Source of the DNA: an uncultured Methanosarcinales archaeon
GTDB lineage: Archaea; Nanobdellota; Nanobdellia; Woesearchaeales; GW2011-AR9
Direction of reading: 5' to 3'
Length of the DNA: 64,000 nt
NCBI GenBank assembly: GCA_964344235.1
Contig: CAYFMJ010000002.1
Location: forward strand, 64,001 to 128,000
The translations under genes and the position numbers were made by a program. Shown here in pieces: positions 18,242 to 27,975 of the stretch (position 1 is the stretch's first letter; the number at the start of each line of letters is the position of its first letter). The notes beneath the pieces were generated by a model that did no database searches, was not told where the DNA came from, and saw only the letters and a program-made list of their open reading frames with translations.

Positions 18242-18916
18242 TTATCTGAAGTTCTTGAATGAATGTGTAATATATTGTGTGTAGCTTTCACCCTCTTTAA
18301 TCAGATCACTTACGGCAATGCTAAAACCAGGTGTCTGGATGATTTTTAGCGTTTGTATTATATGGGGGAGGGGTTTCGTTGCTCCAAATGGTTCTATTGG
18401 AATCCATTCTCCGTTTGTTGCAGTGTCCTTAGGGTTCTCCGAGAGAAAGACATGTAAATGATGGTGCATAATTAATTCGTTATCCTCTTTTGTTTGAATA
18501 AATTGGATGCCTTTGTATGTTACACTTCCTGTTAACCCTAATTTGCTCTTAAGCCTGTCTTGTGCTGCTTCTTCAAGTGTTTCGTGAAGATATATTTTAG
18601 AACTGCAAAATTCTTGGTAGCTTTTGTAGGGTTCTTTTTCTCTCGTCATAATCAGAACTTTGTCGCTTTGCTTTGCGACAACAAGAACAACAACTAAAGG
18701 TTGTGGTGACTTAAGATGTAGATAGTCAATTGTTTTGATTCCCTGTAGGCTCAGTTTGTAACCCTGCTGTTTTTTCTCTACTAATCCCTTTTTCTCTAAT
18801 TCTCTAAGATGATAGGCAAATTTAGAAGAGTCTCCTTGTTTATTCCAGAGTTGGTTGTATGAGAGAAATGCTTGGTAGCGTAATTTGTACAGAATTTCAC
18901 GTTGTATTTGATTCAT
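18242..18916 (-). CDS. Winged-HTH plus NUDIX-fold protein (NrtR-like architecture)
   Basis: N-terminal SSKFAYHLRELEKKGLVEK; degenerate Nudix box KIYLHETLEEAAQDRLKSKLGL. Confidence 0.72.
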   Translation of the reverse strand: MNQIQREILYKLRYQAFLSYNQLWNKQGDSSKFAYHLRELEKKGLVEKKQQGYKLSLQGIKTIDYLHLKSPQPLVVVLVVAKQSDKVLIMTREKEPYKSYQEFCSSKIYLHETLEEAAQDRLKSKLGLTGSVTYKGIQFIQTKEDNELIMHHHLHVFLSENPKDTATNGEWIPIEPFGATKPLPHIIQTLKIIQTPGFSIAVSDLIKEGESYTQYITHSFKNFR

Positions 18917-18959
18917 GTAAAATTGGTTGGATTACCTGTATATAAAGAAGTATGTAAAA

Positions 18960-19208
18960 TTAAATTGACAAATCGTTACTGATGAGATCAATTTCGTAGG
19001 CTCGTGGTGGCTTTCCTCTATTATCGTATCTCTTGGTGGATTCGTATGGTACACCTAACTCTTGCAAACCCTCTTCTAGAGGTTTAGGTATTTCGCCATC
19101 ACATAGAATAATCACCCTCTCTTGACGATCGTCTTCAACAACGTGTAGCCTAACCTCTGTAAGTAAGTCCCTAAGATTGTAGCTTACTCTTTTGTAGGGC
19201 GTAGCCAT
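18960..19208 (-). CDS. Hypothetical protein, 82 aa (start reassigned to ATG 19208)
   Basis: A TATA-like TTTAAA lies about 25 nt upstream of ATG 19208. The longer ORF-track start overlaps the divergent gene. Confidence 0.5.
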   Translation of the reverse strand: MATPYKRVSYNLRDLLTEVRLHVVEDDRQERVIILCDGEIPKPLEEGLQELGVPYESTKRYDNRGKPPRAYEIDLISNDLSI

Positions 19209-19293
19209 TAAAGCTTTTGGAATACTTTTTTTGTTTAAATGTAAATCGGTACTGGAGAAAATGTTTATTAATTGTATTGTTTTTCTTTGTGGC

Positions 19294-19764
19294 ATGGATC
19301 CGCATACACATTTCTTATTTCCGTTTGTTATTGGTGTTATTTTTGTTGAACTTGGTGTGTTCACATGGCCATTAGCAATTCTTGCAGGGGTAGTTGGAAT
19401 GTTGATAGATGTTGATCATTATGTTGAAAATATTGTGCATAGTAAAAAGAATCGCTTTTCTCTGAGAGCTGCGTGGAATAATGCTGTAAAATATCATCGG
19501 TTTAATCAGAGGAGCTTTATCCATTATGGAATTGGTGTTTTAATTTTGACAGGGATTTTTATGGTTGTTGCAGTATTTTCTTGGAAAATTGCGTTGGCTG
19601 TAGCGATTGGGTATTATTCTCACATAATTTTAGATTACTCGCATTTGAAGAACGAGGAACATTTTCGCTGGAAACTGGGGTCGTTGTATATGAAAGAGCA
19701 AGTTGGGGAAGCTATCTTGGATGTTTTTCTCGTTGCTTTGTTAGTTTTAGTTCTTTTTTTTTAG
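19294..19764 (+). CDS. Membrane-bound metal-dependent hydrolase (YdjM/LexA-binding family; start reassigned)
   Basis: MDPHTH, IDVDH, RSFIH and YSHIILD motifs with TM segments. Confidence 0.78.
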   Translation: MDPHTHFLFPFVIGVIFVELGVFTWPLAILAGVVGMLIDVDHYVENIVHSKKNRFSLRAAWNNAVKYHRFNQRSFIHYGIGVLILTGIFMVVAVFSWKIALAVAIGYYSHIILDYSHLKNEEHFRWKLGSLYMKEQVGEAILDVFLVALLVLVLFF

Positions 19765-19810
19765 TTGCTTATCCTCTATTTACATCAAAAAACTTAAAAG
19801 CGAAGAAACA

Positions 19811-20383
19811 ATGCTTGTATATATGAAAGAGGTGATGTTAAAGGAGATTCTGAAGAATCTCTCTCGCACGATTGAAATTCTGGAAAAAAGAGATGCGAAG
19901 GACTCTGAAGAGTTGCGAGAGTTAAGCGATAAAGCGATTGAAGGCGTTGCGCTGTATAAAGATTTGGATATGATCTCGGTGACAGTATTAATTTATTCTA
20001 TTTACAAAGTATTGTTTTGTTTAGATGCAGAGAATTATGAGAAAATTTTGAAGGAGTTACAATTTGCACGTAAACATTTACAGAGTAGGCGATTTGGGAT
20101 GTATAATCGTTCGATTAAGAGGTTATACCGAGTAATCCAACATTGTAATGCGTCTGTGAAAGAACATTTACAGGACGTGATGCAAGCAGCGCGTGTGAAG
20201 AAGGGAATGGTGTTGTTGCAGAAAGGGTTGTCAATAGGTCAAGCAGCGGGGTTAATGGGTTTATCGAACTGGGATTTACAGAAATATGCAGCAGGAACAC
20301 CGGCACTTACGGGACATTCTGAGAAAATTCATGCTCATAAGCGGTTAGAGAAAGCAATGAAGTTATTTGGGGTGCAAGGATGA
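19811..20383 (+). CDS. Hypothetical protein with C-terminal HTH (UPF0175-like)
   Basis: KGLSIGQAAGLMGLSNWDL; ATGA overlap with the next gene. Confidence 0.6.
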   Translation: MLVYMKEVMLKEILKNLSRTIEILEKRDAKDSEELRELSDKAIEGVALYKDLDMISVTVLIYSIYKVLFCLDAENYEKILKELQFARKHLQSRRFGMYNRSIKRLYRVIQHCNASVKEHLQDVMQAARVKKGMVLLQKGLSIGQAAGLMGLSNWDLQKYAAGTPALTGHSEKIHAHKRLEKAMKLFGVQG

Positions 20384-21063
20384 AAGCACTTTTCTTTGAT
20401 GCTGGTCCCGTGATTACGCTTGTTATGTCGCGGTTAGGATGGATTTTGCCTAAATTAAAAGAACAATTTGGTGGGAAGTTCTACATCACACCTGCGGTTA
20501 AGTTTGAATTAATTGATCGACCATTACAAACGAAACGGTTTGCGTTAGAAGCAATGGAAGTAATGAAGTTAATTCGTGAAGGAGTGTTTGAAGTGTATGA
20601 AAACGTGCCACAGCAGAAAGGTATGGCTTTGAAAAAATTGGCGAATAGTGCATTTTCTGTTGGCAGAAAAACAATGGATATTATGCAAGCTGGGGAAGTA
20701 GAATCAGTAACAACAGCGTTACAAGTTGGGGGAGCTGTGGTAATGGATGAGAGAACGTTACGGTTATTTATTGAGAATTATAAACAAATGGAGAGGTTGC
20801 TTGAACGACGATTTAGAAGAAATGTTGTGGCGAATGAAGCAAGGATGAAACGGTTTAGTGATCAGTTGAAAGGTATTACAATTATTCGTTCGATTGAACT
20901 TATTGGTGTTGCGTATAAGTTAAGGATGCTAGAAGATTATGTTCCTACACAGAAGTATGGTAGGCGGGTGTTAGTTGATGCGTTATTGTGGGCTGCGAAA
21001 ACGAATGGGTGTGCGGTTACAGAACATGAGATTGAAGAATTGAAGAGTTATTTGTTGAAGTGA
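20380..21063 (+). CDS. PIN-domain-like protein
   Basis: LFFDAGPVI, ITPAVKFEL, AGEVES and VMDERTLR place acidic residues at PIN positions. Confidence 0.65.
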   Translation: MKALFFDAGPVITLVMSRLGWILPKLKEQFGGKFYITPAVKFELIDRPLQTKRFALEAMEVMKLIREGVFEVYENVPQQKGMALKKLANSAFSVGRKTMDIMQAGEVESVTTALQVGGAVVMDERTLRLFIENYKQMERLLERRFRRNVVANEARMKRFSDQLKGITIIRSIELIGVAYKLRMLEDYVPTQKYGRRVLVDALLWAAKTNGCAVTEHEIEELKSYLLK

Positions 21064-21112
21064 TTGTTTGGTACGTGTTGTTGGCACTAATGTTTAAATA
21101 GAAGTCAACTTT

Positions 21113-22015
21113 ATGTTGTTTATGATTAACATTGATGAAGAGGTCTCGAAGAAAATAGGTACGTTAATTTCAAGAATAGATATTAAAAGATCTCAAGATA
21201 CTCCTAAAGATGACAACTTAGAATATGAGAGACTATTGTGGATTATTCACACAGTAATTGCTCATCAGATGAATTCATTCTTTCTAGAAAAAGCTTTGAG
21301 AAAAATTCCTAAAGAAAACTTTAATTCTCATTATTTGGAAAAAATTGGTGTTGATGAGGTAAGAAAATTATTGAAAGGTTATCACAAACCCGAGAGAATT
21401 CTTTCTGAAGAGAGGACTAAAATGATTAATGATTTTTGTAAAGTTTTGAACAATAATTTTGATGGAGAAATAAGTGTTCTTCTTGGCAAATCAAATTTCA
21501 AAGTAGTTGATTTTAGGAGGAATTTAGATCACTTCAAAGCTTTTTCAGAAGATCCATTGAGAAAGAAGTCAAATATTCTAATTCAGTTACTTTCTCGGTT
21601 TAATCTTGTTGATTTTAAAGATCCTAAAAACATTAATCCAGCAATTGATTATCATTTGATTCGATTATCATTGAGAAATGGAAGGATAAAAATTAAGGAT
21701 AAAGAGTTGAAATCTAAGATTATTCAGCAAAAACCAATAACTAAAAAAGAAGATAAACTAATTCGTGAAAAAGTAATTGAAGCATTTAGGATAACTCAAA
21801 AAGCAAGTAGTAGGACAATACCGGAGTTAAACTGGATTGAATGGCATATTGCTAGAAGTATTTGTATTCGTGATGAACCACTGTGTAATTTGGACGAAAA
21901 TAATGTTAGTGAATTCTTGGATTTTGAGTCTGAAAAGAAATGTCCATTGTTTGAGTTTTGTGAAAAGAATAAGGAATATCTTAGAGAACCATTTTTTGAG
22001 ACTTCATTTTATTAG
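21113..22015 (+). CDS. Putative helical DNA/nucleoside glycosylase-like protein with C-terminal Cys cluster
   Basis: DPLRKKSN, PAIDYHLIRLSLR and SICIRDEPLC...KCPLFEFC (EndoIII-like Fe-S spacing); noticeably AT-rich. Confidence 0.45.
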   Translation: MLFMINIDEEVSKKIGTLISRIDIKRSQDTPKDDNLEYERLLWIIHTVIAHQMNSFFLEKALRKIPKENFNSHYLEKIGVDEVRKLLKGYHKPERILSEERTKMINDFCKVLNNNFDGEISVLLGKSNFKVVDFRRNLDHFKAFSEDPLRKKSNILIQLLSRFNLVDFKDPKNINPAIDYHLIRLSLRNGRIKIKDKELKSKIIQQKPITKKEDKLIREKVIEAFRITQKASSRTIPELNWIEWHIARSICIRDEPLCNLDENNVSEFLDFESEKKCPLFEFCEKNKEYLREPFFETSFY

Positions 22016-22086
22016 GATAGGAGTTCTTATTCTTCTACCTGTTTTTCCGCTATCTTTTTAAATTAGAATTGGTTTAACGAGGAATA

Positions 22087-22293
22087 ATGGTGAAACGATG
22101 TATTGTCTGCAGTATTGAAGCGTCGTACAAAATTAAAGATACGTCTGATTACTATTGCAAAGAATGTGCTGAAGAAAATTTTGCAGATCTTTCGATGTTA
22201 ATAACAGTGCAAGAGGAAGCACAACGGTTAAAGGAATTTATTAAAGAGAGAATTGAGAATGAATTTGAAACAATTGAGCCTCGGCAAGGTTAA
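22087..22293 (+). CDS. Small zinc-finger protein
   Basis: CIVC...YYCKEC; overlaps the next gene. Confidence 0.72.
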   Translation: MVKRCIVCSIEASYKIKDTSDYYCKECAEENFADLSMLITVQEEAQRLKEFIKERIENEFETIEPRQG

Positions 22294-22891
22294 GACTTCT
22301 ACGATTGAGTTAGTGGACATTAGCAAGGCATGGATTGCAATCTCTGTAGCGTTTGCGTTTGTGTTTTCAGGTGTTACGTTATTTCGTGGTAATGTCGGAA
22401 GTGTTTTTTCATTGCAGTTTTTGATAGTGTTTTTAATTTCTTTATTTACAGCTGGTTTAGGTTTTTTATTGCACGAGTTGGGACATAAATTTGTTGCGCA
22501 ACGGTATGGTTGTGCTGCAGAGTTTAGAGCGTTTGATCAAATGTTGTATTTAGCAGTTGGTTTAGCGTTATTTGTAGGATTTATTTTTGCAGCTCCTGGT
22601 GCAGTAATGATTTCTGGTCGTGTAACATTACGAGAGAATGGAGTCATCAGTATGGCGGGACCGATTGTTAATTATGTTTTAGCGATGACTTTCCTCGGTT
22701 TATTGTTTGTCTTTCCTGCATGGGCGTTAGTGTTTTCATTAGGTTTTCAAATTAATATGTGGTTAGGATTGTTTAACATGATACCGTTCGGAAACTTTGA
22801 TGGGATTAAGATTTTCCGTTGGAATCCGTATGTTTGGAGCGCAATGGTTGCGTTTGGGATTTATTTTACGTTTTTCTTTCGAGGGTTTTAG
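22253..22891 (+). CDS. M50 family (site-2 protease) membrane metalloprotease
   Basis: LHELGH, ISMAGP and FNMIPFGNFDG. Confidence 0.92.
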   Translation: MRMNLKQLSLGKVKTSTIELVDISKAWIAISVAFAFVFSGVTLFRGNVGSVFSLQFLIVFLISLFTAGLGFLLHELGHKFVAQRYGCAAEFRAFDQMLYLAVGLALFVGFIFAAPGAVMISGRVTLRENGVISMAGPIVNYVLAMTFLGLLFVFPAWALVFSLGFQINMWLGLFNMIPFGNFDGIKIFRWNPYVWSAMVAFGIYFTFFFRGF

Positions 22892-22989
22892 ACGTATTTA
22901 TCCTCGATAAATGACGAAACGTTTATATACATGTTCTTCTTTTAGCGAGGAATAGGTGTTTTTCTTTCAAAAAAAAGAAGGTGATACAA

Positions 22990-23115
22990 TTGAAACAACA
23001 CATATTTCAGGAAGTTAAGAAGTTTAAAATTCAGCGGTGTTGTAAAGGATGCGGCAATAGAATCGTCGTTGAAAATGCAAATCGTTATTATTGCACGGGT
23101 TGCCGTGGTTACTAA
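22990..23115 (+). CDS. 41-aa zinc-finger microprotein (TTG start)
   Basis: GGTGA SD 5 nt upstream; MKQHIFQEVKKFKIQRCCKGCGNRIVVENANRYYCTGCRGY; not in the ORF track. Confidence 0.65.
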   Translation: MKQHIFQEVKKFKIQRCCKGCGNRIVVENANRYYCTGCRGY

Positions 23116-23125
23116 GTTCTTTTTT

Positions 23126-24217
23126 TTATTTTTTTTTATTTAATTTTCGTCCTTTCCAGACAATCTTTTTGTTTAGTGAAATGTAAATGGAATAAATACC
23201 AATAACAATTGCAAACATACTGTGAATTGGAAGTAAAAGAACGTTGATGATAGCATTTTGTCCTGCAGTGATTGATGTAAGAATTCGTTGAATAATCCAT
23301 GGGATGAGCATAAAATAATATTGCATAGCGACAAGCGATGTGATTAATGGGAAGAAGAGAATTACAAGAAGTCCGACAAGCCCAAGCACATATGCAACAG
23401 GTTTCATGTGAGACCCTTCGTAAAATGAACGGGATAACCCTCTAAATGAATCGAGAAAGTTACCATACATCCTACAACGGACTAAACCAGTACTTCGAGC
23501 AGCGAGTAGTTTTGCCCCTATTTTTTTCACATTACGAGCCAGAGCAGTATCTTCTGTTTTGAATGATTTCACTCCTTCGTGGCCGTTGATTTTTTTGTAT
23601 GTTGGTTTGTCAATTAAAATAAATTGCCCAATAGCGATGCTAAGTTTCTTTGTTGTATACACTAAGTATAGAGGGATAAATGTTAAGACCATCCAATCCA
23701 TAACTGGAACAAGAAGAAGTTCTCCTCGTGATTGCATTTGTTGTTTTGGAAAACAACTTAACATGTTAACGTTCTTTTGTTGGAATAAAGCAACTGCTGA
23801 AGAAATAGTTTCTGGTTCTATTGTTACGTCGGCATCAATGAATAAGTATAGGTCTCCTTTTGCGTGCTTTGAAAGATTGTGGCAACCCCATGGTTTGCCT
23901 AACCAACCAGCAGGAAGAGGTTTGCCGTGAATGAGTGTTACCTTGTCTGATTTTTTTTCATACTCTTTTACAATTTGAGCAGTGTTGTCTTCCGAAAGGT
24001 CATCGTATATGAGAACTTCAAAGTGAGGGTAGCTTTGTTGTAGTGCTGATTCTATACAGTTTGCAATATTTCTTTCTTCGTTCCGTGCAGGGATGAGGAT
24101 AGAAACGAGAGGATATGCTTTTGGTTTTCTTTTTCGTAATCTTGGAGCTGTGAAGAAGTTGTATACACCAATAAGACTTAAACCACTGATGATGCTGACG
24201 ATGATAATATCGAACAT
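23126..24217 (-). CDS. GT2 glycosyltransferase (CrtQ/CruC/HpnI-like membrane glycolipid type)
   Basis: SILIPARNEE, YDDLSED, GWLGKPWGC, FIDAD and EDTALAR; TM segments at both ends. Confidence 0.88.
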   Translation of the reverse strand: MFDIIIVSIISGLSLIGVYNFFTAPRLRKRKPKAYPLVSILIPARNEERNIANCIESALQQSYPHFEVLIYDDLSEDNTAQIVKEYEKKSDKVTLIHGKPLPAGWLGKPWGCHNLSKHAKGDLYLFIDADVTIEPETISSAVALFQQKNVNMLSCFPKQQMQSRGELLLVPVMDWMVLTFIPLYLVYTTKKLSIAIGQFILIDKPTYKKINGHEGVKSFKTEDTALARNVKKIGAKLLAARSTGLVRCRMYGNFLDSFRGLSRSFYEGSHMKPVAYVLGLVGLLVILFFPLITSLVAMQYYFMLIPWIIQRILTSITAGQNAIINVLLLPIHSMFAIVIGIYSIYISLNKKIVWKGRKLNKKK

Positions 24218-24255
24218 GTTATAGTGGTTTTGTAAGTAGTTAAATTACTTTTGGT

Positions 24256-24948
24256 TTATCCTAAAAAGTTACGAAAGAAGTCACCTATTTTTTGGAAGAA
24301 ACCTCGTTTCTCAGGTTCCTGAATTGGTTCGGGAGTTGGTTGTTGAATCGTTTTCCCAACTGGTGGCTGAGCTGGTTTTTCTTCAGGTTGAGGTGTGGGT
24401 TCTTCAACCACTTTTTCTCTACCAATGATAAACTCACCAATCTCTTGACTCGTTACCGTGTATGTAGCATGCGTACTGTCTCTTTTTGTGAGCGTTGTTT
24501 GCAAAGCTTTCCCATTGTTGAAAAGTGTGACATCAAACGGTGAGATACCTTTATCGTATAGTTCTGATTCTCTTATTTTTAATACTAATTCAACAGAATC
24601 AATAGCAGCTTCTTCTGGTGACTCAATTGTGAACATTGAATATACCTCTCCATCAAAATCCCACGAAACTTTGTCGATAGTTTCTGTAAGGACTTTGCCA
24701 TTCTTGATGGTATCTGCGAATGTAATGCGCGCAGTTTTGAGGCCTTCAACGTTGCGGATTTCAAAGTATAGCTCTTCTCCAGCTTCAAAGTAACCAATGG
24801 TTTGAACTGCTGCGTTTCCTGTTAAATTTGGAGTTTCATGCACATTCGAAATAATTGTGATTGTAGAAGCGATAAAAACAATAGCTAGTGCGAGCCAGAA
24901 TGTTTTATTTTGCACTTGTGACCGTGGTTGCGTCCTCTTTTTTGGCAT
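24256..24948 (-). CDS. Membrane-anchored exported protein with a PGF-pre-PGF-like beta domain
   Basis: N-terminal TM, LTGNAAV motif, Pro/Glu-rich tail, terminal amphipathic FFQKIGDFFRNFLG. Confidence 0.6.
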   Translation of the reverse strand: MPKKRTQPRSQVQNKTFWLALAIVFIASTITIISNVHETPNLTGNAAVQTIGYFEAGEELYFEIRNVEGLKTARITFADTIKNGKVLTETIDKVSWDFDGEVYSMFTIESPEEAAIDSVELVLKIRESELYDKGISPFDVTLFNNGKALQTTLTKRDSTHATYTVTSQEIGEFIIGREKVVEEPTPQPEEKPAQPPVGKTIQQPTPEPIQEPEKRGFFQKIGDFFRNFLG

Positions 24949-24996
24949 GGTAGAAGTAAAGAGATTTAGTATATAAAGTTAACTTAAAGAGAAAGG

Positions 24997-25069
24997 TGGG
25001 TTCGGTGGGACTTGAACCCACGACTTCCAGATCTTCAGTCTGGCGCTCTCCCAACTGAGCTACGAACCC
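24997..25069 (-). tRNA. tRNA-Phe(GAA), intron-less
   Basis: GGGTTCG/CGAACCC acceptor, CCAGA-CTGAAGA-TCTGG anticodon arm, GTGGG-TTCAAGT-CCCAC T arm. Confidence 0.97.
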
Positions 25070-25115
25070 GTATCTGCTTGTTTTCTATGGTTATTTATAA
25101 GGATTTCGAGTGTGC

Positions 25116-27305
25116 CTACAGTGTCCCAGCTAAAATACTATTTGCGAAGAAGTTGAACAATAGCATGACAACACCAGCGATAATACAGTATAATAAAGTA
25201 CTACTAATAAGATTCTTCCCTAGAGCGTAGCGTTCTCCTAATTTATCAGCACCATTTTCGATACCATTACTGAGAACTGTGAGAATGAACACGATTTGGA
25301 CAATGTAAATACCAACAACAACTTGGAAGTGGAAGGTTGGAATGCCAATACCGAAAATGTCTAACATTCCAGAGAAACCACCTGCGGCTTCCGCATTTGA
25401 TGAAAATTCTCCCAATCTAGCGGTAAGTTTCGTTAAAATAGTTGAGATCATCGACGTAATTCCGATAACAATACCTGCGATTGCTGGTGTTAAGAATTTA
25501 ATCTGTGATTTCATGGAACTAATGACGTCTGCCATCAGATCTCTAAGACGTTCTTCAACTCGGTGAATTTCTTTGATGTAACGGGACATGGAGAGAAGTG
25601 CTTGAGCAGCAATTCTTGGCCCTTTATGGATACTTTCAATAAGAACTTTCATTGATGATTCAATAACTTTTGAGGGGAATGATGCAATTGCTCCCACTTT
25701 CGGATCGAAAATAGCTTGCTCTAACCCCATACCAAGTTTAGTGATGTTCTTTTCTGTCAGATTGAAGAATTCTCCTGAGGTCGTTCCTTGCATTGTTTGG
25801 GCAACCCTAGCAAAGGCAATCTCTGCCGGTAAACCGTCGCCTAGTCTATTTCCTAATTGGAAGATGGCGGATGAGAACTCATCTTCCAACTCTTGCGTGC
25901 GTTTACGGATTTTAATAACGTTTTTAGAACGGAGAGCGTAGTAGACCCCTATCGAGAGACCTAAACCGAGAATGACAACGAGTGAGAGAAGGGAAGCACC
26001 TAAACCGTATGGTCCTATTTTTTCACTTCCCTCACAATTTAACCCGACATCTGGTGGACAAACATAATCAAGCATCTTAAGGTTTCCTCCGCTATCCAGC
26101 GAGAAATCTTCTGTTCCTAATGAATGCAGGATGATGGGGCTGAAACCAATGAGCATGGCAACAATAAAAATCATAACGCTGAAGTATAACGGGTTAATGC
26201 CAATAGAGAGTTTTTTTCCGAGAGGGATATTAACGTTTCTGAATTTCTTGACACCCGGCTGCTCCCCTATATCTGCACTCCCGTAACCAACGGGGCGTTT
26301 GGAGAGGATAAGTTTTCCTAAATAAAATACTCCAATTGGTAAACTGAGGTTATACAGGACAGCAATGTAGATCGCCATCACAAACGGACTATTTTCACTG
26401 CCAAGAAAGCTTACTACTAATGGAAGGACAACTAATCCCAGAATTGGAAGAATAATACCAAGCATGTGAAGCATAGTCATTGGTGATTTTAAGTTGTGAG
26501 CATAATGTAACATATTTTCATACGTTCCTGTCAGAATGACGTCAAGTGATTTGTCGAGGAGTGCTAATCTTCTTTCTTCGGAGCCTTCAAACAGTGATGA
26601 TTCTATCAAATGGAATGCTTCGACAAATTCTTTGTCATATTCTTTCCATTGTTCTAAATAGGCGTTCGCAGCATCGCGAATGGAGCTGTACCGTTGCGTT
26701 TCAACATCCCATAAAATTTTTCGGAAATCTAATGATAATGGAGGGGAGAGGTGGTCGGCCGCGAATTCAATTGCTCTCTCTAAGTTGGAAGTGTGACGCA
26801 TGAATGTGACCATATAGAAAATACTCTGGACCATTTGATTGGAAGATTTCATTCGCCAGGAATTTGCCATGAAGTTGGGGGTGTTTTGCAATGCGGGGAT
26901 CATTAACAGGCCACCAATTAACGCGATGATTACGAGGAAAAGCATTGGTTGTAAACCAAGGATGAGTGGGAGAAGGAAAAGGAAGAGTGAACCAAAGACA
27001 ATGATGATGAGTGCAGCGAGGATTGCGAAGGAAGTTACACCGTTAGGAGTTATGTTGAGATGGCAGGTTTGAATACTTTTTTGTAATTTTATTGCTTTCT
27101 TTTTGTCTGCTTTGATTTTGAGAAGTCTTTCCGAGGCGTTACAGGCTTTTTCATATAATGTGTATCTCGTAGGGTAGAGTTCACGCTTAAATTCAGAATA
27201 TTCACGTGATGTTACTTTTACTTGTTGTTTTGCTGGTTCACCGAACTCTTTACGCACACGTTCTTTGTATTTCTGTACTAAATCTTGATACTCATCCTGT
27301 TCCAT
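25116..27305 (-). CDS. Type II/IV secretion membrane platform protein (ArlJ/TadC-like, two T2SSF regions)
   Basis: Two cytoplasmic domains (SNLERAIEFAA..LSLDFRKIL; FQLGNRLGDGLPAEIAF...GLEQAI) separated by TM clusters; same strand as the ATPase. Confidence 0.8.
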   Translation of the reverse strand: MEQDEYQDLVQKYKERVRKEFGEPAKQQVKVTSREYSEFKRELYPTRYTLYEKACNASERLLKIKADKKKAIKLQKSIQTCHLNITPNGVTSFAILAALIIIVFGSLFLFLLPLILGLQPMLFLVIIALIGGLLMIPALQNTPNFMANSWRMKSSNQMVQSIFYMVTFMRHTSNLERAIEFAADHLSPPLSLDFRKILWDVETQRYSSIRDAANAYLEQWKEYDKEFVEAFHLIESSLFEGSEERRLALLDKSLDVILTGTYENMLHYAHNLKSPMTMLHMLGIILPILGLVVLPLVVSFLGSENSPFVMAIYIAVLYNLSLPIGVFYLGKLILSKRPVGYGSADIGEQPGVKKFRNVNIPLGKKLSIGINPLYFSVMIFIVAMLIGFSPIILHSLGTEDFSLDSGGNLKMLDYVCPPDVGLNCEGSEKIGPYGLGASLLSLVVILGLGLSIGVYYALRSKNVIKIRKRTQELEDEFSSAIFQLGNRLGDGLPAEIAFARVAQTMQGTTSGEFFNLTEKNITKLGMGLEQAIFDPKVGAIASFPSKVIESSMKVLIESIHKGPRIAAQALLSMSRYIKEIHRVEERLRDLMADVISSMKSQIKFLTPAIAGIVIGITSMISTILTKLTARLGEFSSNAEAAGGFSGMLDIFGIGIPTFHFQVVVGIYIVQIVFILTVLSNGIENGADKLGERYALGKNLISSTLLYCIIAGVVMLLFNFFANSILAGTL

Positions 27306-27407
27306 GGAAAATCTATCGCCTCTTCCTCTGAATAAAGCGAGAATTGTTTAAAAATGTAGCGATGGGGAATAGAAATGGTTATAAGGAAGTTTGGTGGTAT
27401 TTGAAGT

Positions 27408-27869
27408 ATGGAGGAAAGATTTTATGCTTGTGCTATTCGTTACTTAGCCTCTGGGAGTGATGAGTGTTTTTATGACTGGGCTCTCGATCATTTTTCTCAA
27501 GATGATGAATTGCTTGAAGAGATGCGGAAGGAAGGCTTCGTATTGAATTTAGAACCGGTTACTAGTTCTGGTATTAGTGGCCTTTCTGACCGAGGGAGTG
27601 TTATTGTGTGCCCTGAAACGGATACTGGCTACATGGAGTCTTGGGGTGACTTTGATTATACTGTCTTTGGGCTAGAGAGGTCTACGGCTGATGGTTCAGG
27701 TGTTTCTACAGAAAGATGGATTAACATAGGGTATTCACTCCAGGGAAGCGCTCTAAGGGTTACTACACGATCTCCAGTAAATAATGTTGTTGGTCATCCT
27801 CTTTCTACTCTTAATGGTAAGGTGTCAAGGGGTTTGGTCTATTTAATTGAGGTTGCGTTTGTTGAATGA
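27408..27869 (+). CDS. Hypothetical protein
   Basis: 153-aa ORF with TTATAAG box upstream; no motif recognised. Confidence 0.5.
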   Translation: MEERFYACAIRYLASGSDECFYDWALDHFSQDDELLEEMRKEGFVLNLEPVTSSGISGLSDRGSVIVCPETDTGYMESWGDFDYTVFGLERSTADGSGVSTERWINIGYSLQGSALRVTTRSPVNNVVGHPLSTLNGKVSRGLVYLIEVAFVE

Positions 27870-27909
27870 CGGCTAAACTTTTATAAAAAACCTATATTCT
27901 GGAGTATAA

Positions 27910-27967
27910 CAAAAGTGAATTACTCACTTTTGGAATATCCCGAAAATGCCATAGAGGGGCATTTTCG
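27910..27967 (+). promoter_or_regulatory. Two perfect inverted repeats upstream of iscS
   Basis: CAAAAGTGA-n5-TCACTTTTG (27910-27932) and CGAAAATGCC-n7-GGCATTTTCG (27941-27967), between the TATA box (about 27880) and ATG 27976. Confidence 0.6.
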
Positions 27968-27975
27968 TTATATCT

